In this document: piece by piece, positions 50,232 to 54,968 of the stretch
Position numbering within the stretch: position 1 is the first letter of the stretch
How the letters are laid out: the number at the start of each line of letters is the position of its first letter
IMG/VR virus record: IMGVR_UViG_3300013005_000003
Coordinates: 1-54,968 of that record
DNA length: 54,968 nt
Origin: a virus
Lineage: Duplodnaviria; Caudoviricetes
Strand: one strand, 5' to 3'
Program-made: the position numbers and the translations under genes
The notes under the pieces: generated by a model
What the model was told of the DNA's origin: nothing
Seen by the model: the letters and a program-made list of their open reading frames with translations, nothing else
Database searches by the model: none

Positions 50232-52361
50232 TTAAATCGTGGTAAACGCGACGCCGTAGCCATCGCCAGTCGGCAGCGTAGCGGGGTTGGTGAACTTAGT
50301 TCCGAAGCCAGCGCCAGACCACGGGTAGGCAGTAACGAAGGGCGATGTGGAGTGCGCTATAGCGATGGCGTCACCCGCAGGGCTGAATGCGATGCCGTTG
50401 CCAGTGCCAGTCGGCAGCGTAGCGGGGTTGGTAAACTTAGTTCCGAAGCCAGCGCCAGACCACGGGTAGGCAGTGACGAAGGGCGATGTGGAGTGCCCTA
50501 CAGCAATGGCGTCACCCGCAGGACTGAATGCAACGCTGTAACCAGTGCCAGTCGGCAGCGTAGCGGGGTCGGTGAACTTAGTTCCGAAGCCACTAATAGA
50601 CCACGGGTAGGCGGAGATAAATGGCGACACGCCGTGCGCTATAGCGATGGCGTCACCCGCAGGGCTGAATGCGACGCGGAGGCCAGTGCTAGCAGGCAGC
50701 GTAGCGGGGTTGGTGAACTTAGTTCCGAAGCCACTAATAGACCACGGGTAGGCGGAGATAAATGGCGACGTTGCGTGCCCTACAGCAATGGCGTCACTCG
50801 CAGGGCTGAATGCGACGCCAATGCCAGAGCCAGTAGGCAGCGTAGCTGGATTGGTGAATTTTGTTCCGAAACCAACGCCAGACCATGGGTAGGCGGAGAT
50901 ATATGGAGATGTATTGTGCGCTATAGCGATGGCGTCACCCGCAGGGCTGAATGCGACGTCGTTGCCAAGGCCAGTCGGCAGCGTAGCGGGGTTGGTGAAC
51001 TTAGTTCCGAAGCCAGCGCCAGACCACAGGTAAGCAGTAACGAAGGGCGACACGCCGTGCGCTATAGCGATGGCGTCACCCGCAGGGCTGAATGTGACGT
51101 TGTAACCATCACCAGTCGGCAGCGTAGCGGGGTTGGTGAATTTCGTTCCAAAGCCACTAACAGACCACGTATAAGCGGAGACAAAGGGCGTTGTGGTATG
51201 CGCTACGGCTATAGGGTTGCCAAAAGGCTGGGTGCTACCTGTTTGATATAGATAATTTGCCATCCACTTAGTTGCGGTAACTTTAATCGCCATTAAAGTG
51301 TTATTTGCAAAAACACCTATCGACCCCGTTGTTCCGCTACCAAAAACGAGCGTATCACTATTTATAAGGACGCCAACAGAAGCACCCCCATTCTCCACCG
51401 TGAACAACACCACAGTCCCAATCGGAAACGCAACGCTGCTGTTGGCTGGAATGGTGTATGTGCGAACATTAGCATCAGCAACCGGGTGAAATATCTGCTT
51501 GCCAGCATCGCTCAGCACAAGCGTGTAGTCGGCTGACTGGATATTCTGCGGGTATTGGACGGCGGTCGACAGCGTTGCAAACGTCGGGGCAACGCCAGCG
51601 CCGCCCGACGTCAGTACCTGACCAGCCGTACCTTCAGATATAGCTCCAAAGGCACCAGCGTTATTGACCTGCACTTGCCCTGTCGTGCCACTCGGGGTCG
51701 TTGCCGGGATAGCGGTGCTCGCCCACGTCGTCCCGTTGCTAATAAGCGCATTGCCCAACGTACCCGGAGATACAGTCGTTACTGCAGACGTGCCATTGCC
51801 GATGACGACAGCGTTTGCGGTCAGCGTAGTCGCACCAGTGCCACCCCGCGCCACACCAAGCGTACCGGTGGTCTGCGTGTTGATGTCGATGATCCCGCCA
51901 GCGCCGCCAGCCTGAGCGTACACCTGCCACGACGTTCCAGTGTAAATCAGCGTAATAGCGACGCCGCTGATATTGCAGATGAGGTCAGATGCAATACCTT
52001 CGATCAGTGAGCCGTTGCGGGCCACAGTAAGGTTGTTGACGCCCCATGATTCTGCAGCGTCTGTGATGATAAGCTGATCACCGCTCGCGGGCGTGGCTGG
52101 CAGCGTAACCGTGAAGGCACCGCCGGTCGTGTTAGTCTGAACACCCTCGCCCACCTGTGCGGCATAGTTCGCGGTCTTGACGGTCGTGTAGGAAAAACCA
52201 CCTGAAAATTCAACAACACTGCCACCAGCGTTTTTGAAAAACAGCTTCTCATCGGAAGTGTTGATAGCCAGTTCGCCAGCCGAGAGGTTGGCTGCAAGCG
52301 GAACAGCACCCGGCGTTGCCGTGCGATAGAGTTGAACAAGCGTGAAGCCTGAAGCCGCCAT
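50232..52361 (-). CDS. tail fibre with C-terminal beta-propeller of 44-aa repeats
   Basis: LSAGELAINTSDEKLFFK and TVTLPATP fibre motifs; seven GFGTKFTNPATLP..VAFSP repeats. Confidence 0.85.
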   Translation of the reverse strand: MAASGFTLVQLYRTATPGAVPLAANLSAGELAINTSDEKLFFKNAGGSVVEFSGGFSYTTVKTANYAAQVGEGVQTNTTGGAFTVTLPATPASGDQLIITDAAESWGVNNLTVARNGSLIEGIASDLICNISGVAITLIYTGTSWQVYAQAGGAGGIIDINTQTTGTLGVARGGTGATTLTANAVVIGNGTSAVTTVSPGTLGNALISNGTTWASTAIPATTPSGTTGQVQVNNAGAFGAISEGTAGQVLTSGGAGVAPTFATLSTAVQYPQNIQSADYTLVLSDAGKQIFHPVADANVRTYTIPANSSVAFPIGTVVLFTVENGGASVGVLINSDTLVFGSGTTGSIGVFANNTLMAIKVTATKWMANYLYQTGSTQPFGNPIAVAHTTTPFVSAYTWSVSGFGTKFTNPATLPTGDGYNVTFSPAGDAIAIAHGVSPFVTAYLWSGAGFGTKFTNPATLPTGLGNDVAFSPAGDAIAIAHNTSPYISAYPWSGVGFGTKFTNPATLPTGSGIGVAFSPASDAIAVGHATSPFISAYPWSISGFGTKFTNPATLPASTGLRVAFSPAGDAIAIAHGVSPFISAYPWSISGFGTKFTDPATLPTGTGYSVAFSPAGDAIAVGHSTSPFVTAYPWSGAGFGTKFTNPATLPTGTGNGIAFSPAGDAIAIAHSTSPFVTAYPWSGAGFGTKFTNPATLPTGDGYGVAFTTI
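50250..51190. repeat. 132-bp tandem repeat, about 7 copies
   Basis: GGCAGCGTAGCGGGGTTGGTGAACTTAGTTCCGAAGCCA recurs at a 132-nt period. Confidence 0.9.
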
Positions 52362-54229
52362 TAGAACGTCCCTCCGTCAATGCCACCGAACGCGGGGGCG
52401 GACGCGCCATTAGATAGCAAAACCTGACCGGCTGTTCCAGCGGCAGTAAAGGCGTAAGCCGTACCCGTACCATACGGCATAGCGCCAGCCGTCGGCGCAG
52501 CGGTTCCATTCGTGCCGCCATTGGCAACAGGAAGAACGCCAGAGACGCCCGTCGTCAGCGGCACGTAGCTCCAGCTTGCATTGGTGCCATCAGTGGTAAC
52601 GAACTTACCAGCGTTACCTGCTTGACCCGGAAGGGCCGTAACGAACGACGTCGCCGTTACGAAAGCGGTTGTTGCAATCTGGGTGGTACTGGTTCCGACG
52701 GTCGCCGTCGGGGCTGTTGGTATGCCGGTCAGTCCGGGGCTGGCAGCCAGCGCTACTACTGTGCCGGTGCCGCTCGTGCTGTAAGAGGTGCCCCACGCTG
52801 TACCCGTTGAGTATGCTATACCGACGCCCGGAAACGAGTCAGGGCCGGTGTTGGTAATCGTAATCGAGCCGGTGCCGTTCGTGACCGTGATCCCGGTGCC
52901 GGCGGTCAGCGTGGCCTTGGTCAGCGTGTTGCCGGTAGTGTTGCCGATCAGCAACTGTCCGTTCGTGTAGGTCGTCTGACCGGTGCCGCCCTGAACCACG
53001 CTGATTGGCGTCGTAAGGCCCGAGAGGGACGTGATGTCCGCGTTAGCGCCTGATGCAGCTGCACCAATGGATGCGCGTGCCACGGCAGCGTTGACGGCGG
53101 TAAAAATCCCGATACCCAGCGACGTGCCGCCGAGATTGATGAGCGCCGTACCTGCAGTGGTGGCGCCGGTACCGCCCTGAGCGATGGCGATTGGCGTCGA
53201 CAGGTTGTTGGTGTCTGCCTCGACGACGTTCGTGCCGTCGCAGTACAGGATTGCAGCGCCGTTCTGAACGACAGAAATGCCCGTGCCGGCAGCAGTTTTA
53301 ACGGTGAGCGTGTAGCTTCCGGTGGTCGTGTTTCGAACCCAGTATTGCTGAATCGTGTTCGGCACGATGATCTGCATGTTCGCGGTCAGGACGCCGCTGA
53401 ACTGGTAGGCGATGCGGTTCAGGTTGGTGCCCGAGAGCGTGTACGGGCTGGGCTGCCCAGTCAGGCTGATCGACACATAGTCGAACGCGAACGACGCGCT
53501 CTGGCCGTAGCCAATTGTGTAGAAGCTGGTGCCGTCAGTCAGGATCCGCGCGCTGTCACCCGGGTTGAACACCAGAGACGCTTGGCCGTTGATGAGCTCG
53601 CCGCCCGCAGGAGCGATGGTCAGACCGCCTGAGCCGGAGTTGCGCGCGTCGAAGAACCAGTCGTTTCCGACCGCAGCCGCTGACGGCATCGTGAACGTAC
53701 CAGCGCCGCCGTTCCACACGAGGACGCGAGCGCGGTCTGAAGCCGTGAGCGTGTAGTCCGCCGAGAGCAGAGTCGTCGGCGCAGCCTGATTCAGCGTCGT
53801 CGTGATGGCTTTGAGGCCGGCCCCAGCCAGCGCACTCGCGGACGGGGATGACGTGCCGGCGCCGTATTCAATCGCGCGCCATGTGCCGTTTACGGTCGAG
53901 TTGCCGGTGAGGTAGATCTGCCACGCTTCGCCGGAGGCAATCGTTTGAATCGTGTTGCCGCTGTTGTCAGCGACCGTGAACGAGAACGCGCCGACGTTGA
54001 AGAACAGCGCCGTCTCACCGACCGAAGCCTGCGAAGCGTCGGGCATGCGGATCGTGAAGCTGCCCGCAGACGGCGTGACGTCCATGATGGAGGCAACGAC
54101 GTTGGTGTTGGTGGCGACTTCAGTCGGCCACGTCAGAGTTACGTTAGCAGTCAGCGCGATGGCGCGATAGCTGACGTTCGCAGAGTAAATGTTTGTACCG
54201 CCGAAGGTGTTGACGAAGGACGGGCTCAT
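52361..54229 (-). CDS. tail/proximal fibre protein
   Basis: YCDGTNV, GANADITSLSGLTTP, PTAPTA..TTQIATTAFV and GGTG repeats. Confidence 0.8.
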   Translation of the reverse strand: MSPSFVNTFGGTNIYSANVSYRAIALTANVTLTWPTEVATNTNVVASIMDVTPSAGSFTIRMPDASQASVGETALFFNVGAFSFTVADNSGNTIQTIASGEAWQIYLTGNSTVNGTWRAIEYGAGTSSPSASALAGAGLKAITTTLNQAAPTTLLSADYTLTASDRARVLVWNGGAGTFTMPSAAAVGNDWFFDARNSGSGGLTIAPAGGELINGQASLVFNPGDSARILTDGTSFYTIGYGQSASFAFDYVSISLTGQPSPYTLSGTNLNRIAYQFSGVLTANMQIIVPNTIQQYWVRNTTTGSYTLTVKTAAGTGISVVQNGAAILYCDGTNVVEADTNNLSTPIAIAQGGTGATTAGTALINLGGTSLGIGIFTAVNAAVARASIGAAASGANADITSLSGLTTPISVVQGGTGQTTYTNGQLLIGNTTGNTLTKATLTAGTGITVTNGTGSITITNTGPDSFPGVGIAYSTGTAWGTSYSTSGTGTVVALAASPGLTGIPTAPTATVGTSTTQIATTAFVTATSFVTALPGQAGNAGKFVTTDGTNASWSYVPLTTGVSGVLPVANGGTNGTAAPTAGAMPYGTGTAYAFTAAGTAGQVLLSNGASAPAFGGIDGGTF

Positions 54230-54846
54230 GACACTTTCTCCACCCTCTGCGCATCTAGAGCTACCTTGGGTTTAATCCTAGCATCTCTTTGAGCTTGCGT
54301 CCAAGGCCTTCCCTTCAGAGCTTTTGACAGTTTTTGCCTAGCTTCTTCAGAGTTTACTCTACCTTTTTGAGCTTCCGACATTTTGCAACGAGTTTCTTCG
54401 CTACGCTTAGATCCGAGACGCTTGGCAACGCCCTTAGCAATGTGCTCCGGAGACTGCTTGACACCCCTTCTGCTATTGAAGTGGGCGCGCATTTTTTCAG
54501 TAACGATTCCGCGCTTCCGCCTGCCGGCTTCTATATGGACTTCAATCGGGACAGGTACACCATCACCTCCCCGAGTCATATTATAACCATTGGGAAGCAT
54601 GGAGTTCAGTTCGGCTATAAATTTAATTTCCTCAGCGCAGGCTTGAGCGTGGGTTTCGCATTCAACTAAAAGCTCAACTGAAAACGAGTCGTTTCCGTAG
54701 GCCCTTATCGCGTCGTACAGCGCGGTCTGTTTGCGCCAGCGCGCATTAAGAAGGTGCGCTTTAAAGCGCTCTTCGGCGGTCTTTCCTGTGTAGCCAATAT
54801 AAATCTTGCCATTCACAGAGCAGGAAATTTTGTACACCCTGTACAT
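54226..54846 (-). mobile_element. free-standing GIY-YIG homing endonuclease with NUMOD3-like repeats
   Basis: VYKI..NGKIYIGYT, ERF, GYNMTRGGDG and SEETRCKMSEAQKG; lower GC than flanks. Confidence 0.9.
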
Positions 54847-54968
54847 TAATCCTCCCTGCGGATGATGCCACGATCAGCAATCTGGCGGATATCTTCGCCG
54901 TTCAACGCGGCGACGGATCGGTCGTAGAATCCTTGCCAGATCGGGATGATCTCTTCGTTCTTGAGGAA
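54846..54968. repeat. 123-bp direct terminal repeat (copy 2)
   Basis: identical to 1-123. Confidence 0.97.

Noticed and set aside
50250-51190. Diversity-generating retroelement acting on the tail fibre
   Set aside because: No reverse transcriptase gene and no separate non-coding template repeat; differences are not confined to adenines.
54846-54968. Terminal repeat as a biological direct terminal repeat
   Set aside because: It starts exactly at a stop codon inside the late operon and is short, so an assembly circularisation overlap is more likely.
1-54968. tRNA, rRNA, group I/II introns or inteins
   Set aside because: No cloverleaf or T-loop motif noticed in the few intergenic gaps, and TerL, helicase and primase have ordinary lengths. 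This was checked by eye only; tRNAscan-SE and Infernal were not run.

Overview
The window is an apparently complete, circularly assembled genome of a tailed dsDNA phage of about 54,845 bp; bases 1-123 recur exactly at 54846-54968. The architecture looks podovirus-like: no tape measure, sheath or major tail tube gene is recognisable, and there are large ejection-type proteins. The host is Gram-negative (spanin pair), and an alphaproteobacterial host is only a guess. There are two divergent arms. The minus-strand late arm runs from 17763 down to 1 and continues across the junction from 54846 to 33927. It carries TerS, TerL, portal, a basic GG-motif protein, GroES, a split scaffold-like gene, major capsid, a cluster of small basic proteins, a lysis cassette, adaptor, a GIY-YIG endonuclease, three tail-fibre-like genes, nozzle and ejection proteins. 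The plus-strand early/replication arm (18117-33908) carries small early genes, a split primase-helicase, an SF2 helicase, VRR-NUC, YqaJ/RecT and an SSB-like protein. I recognised no DNA polymerase, integrase, tRNA, CRISPR array or reverse transcriptase. The most notable unexplained signals are four. (1) A structured leader of the capsid operon has three covarying hairpins sharing the loop UYACGUAY. (2) A recurrent [F/Y/M]xxGG motif punctuates a basic polyprotein-like ORF and the ejection proteins, suggesting a di-glycine processing or encapsidation system. (3) A triple nested inverted repeat is an origin candidate centred near 20083. (4) Early genes form cassette-like units with repeated start-associated sequences. 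All protein calls come from motif recognition by eye; no database search was run.
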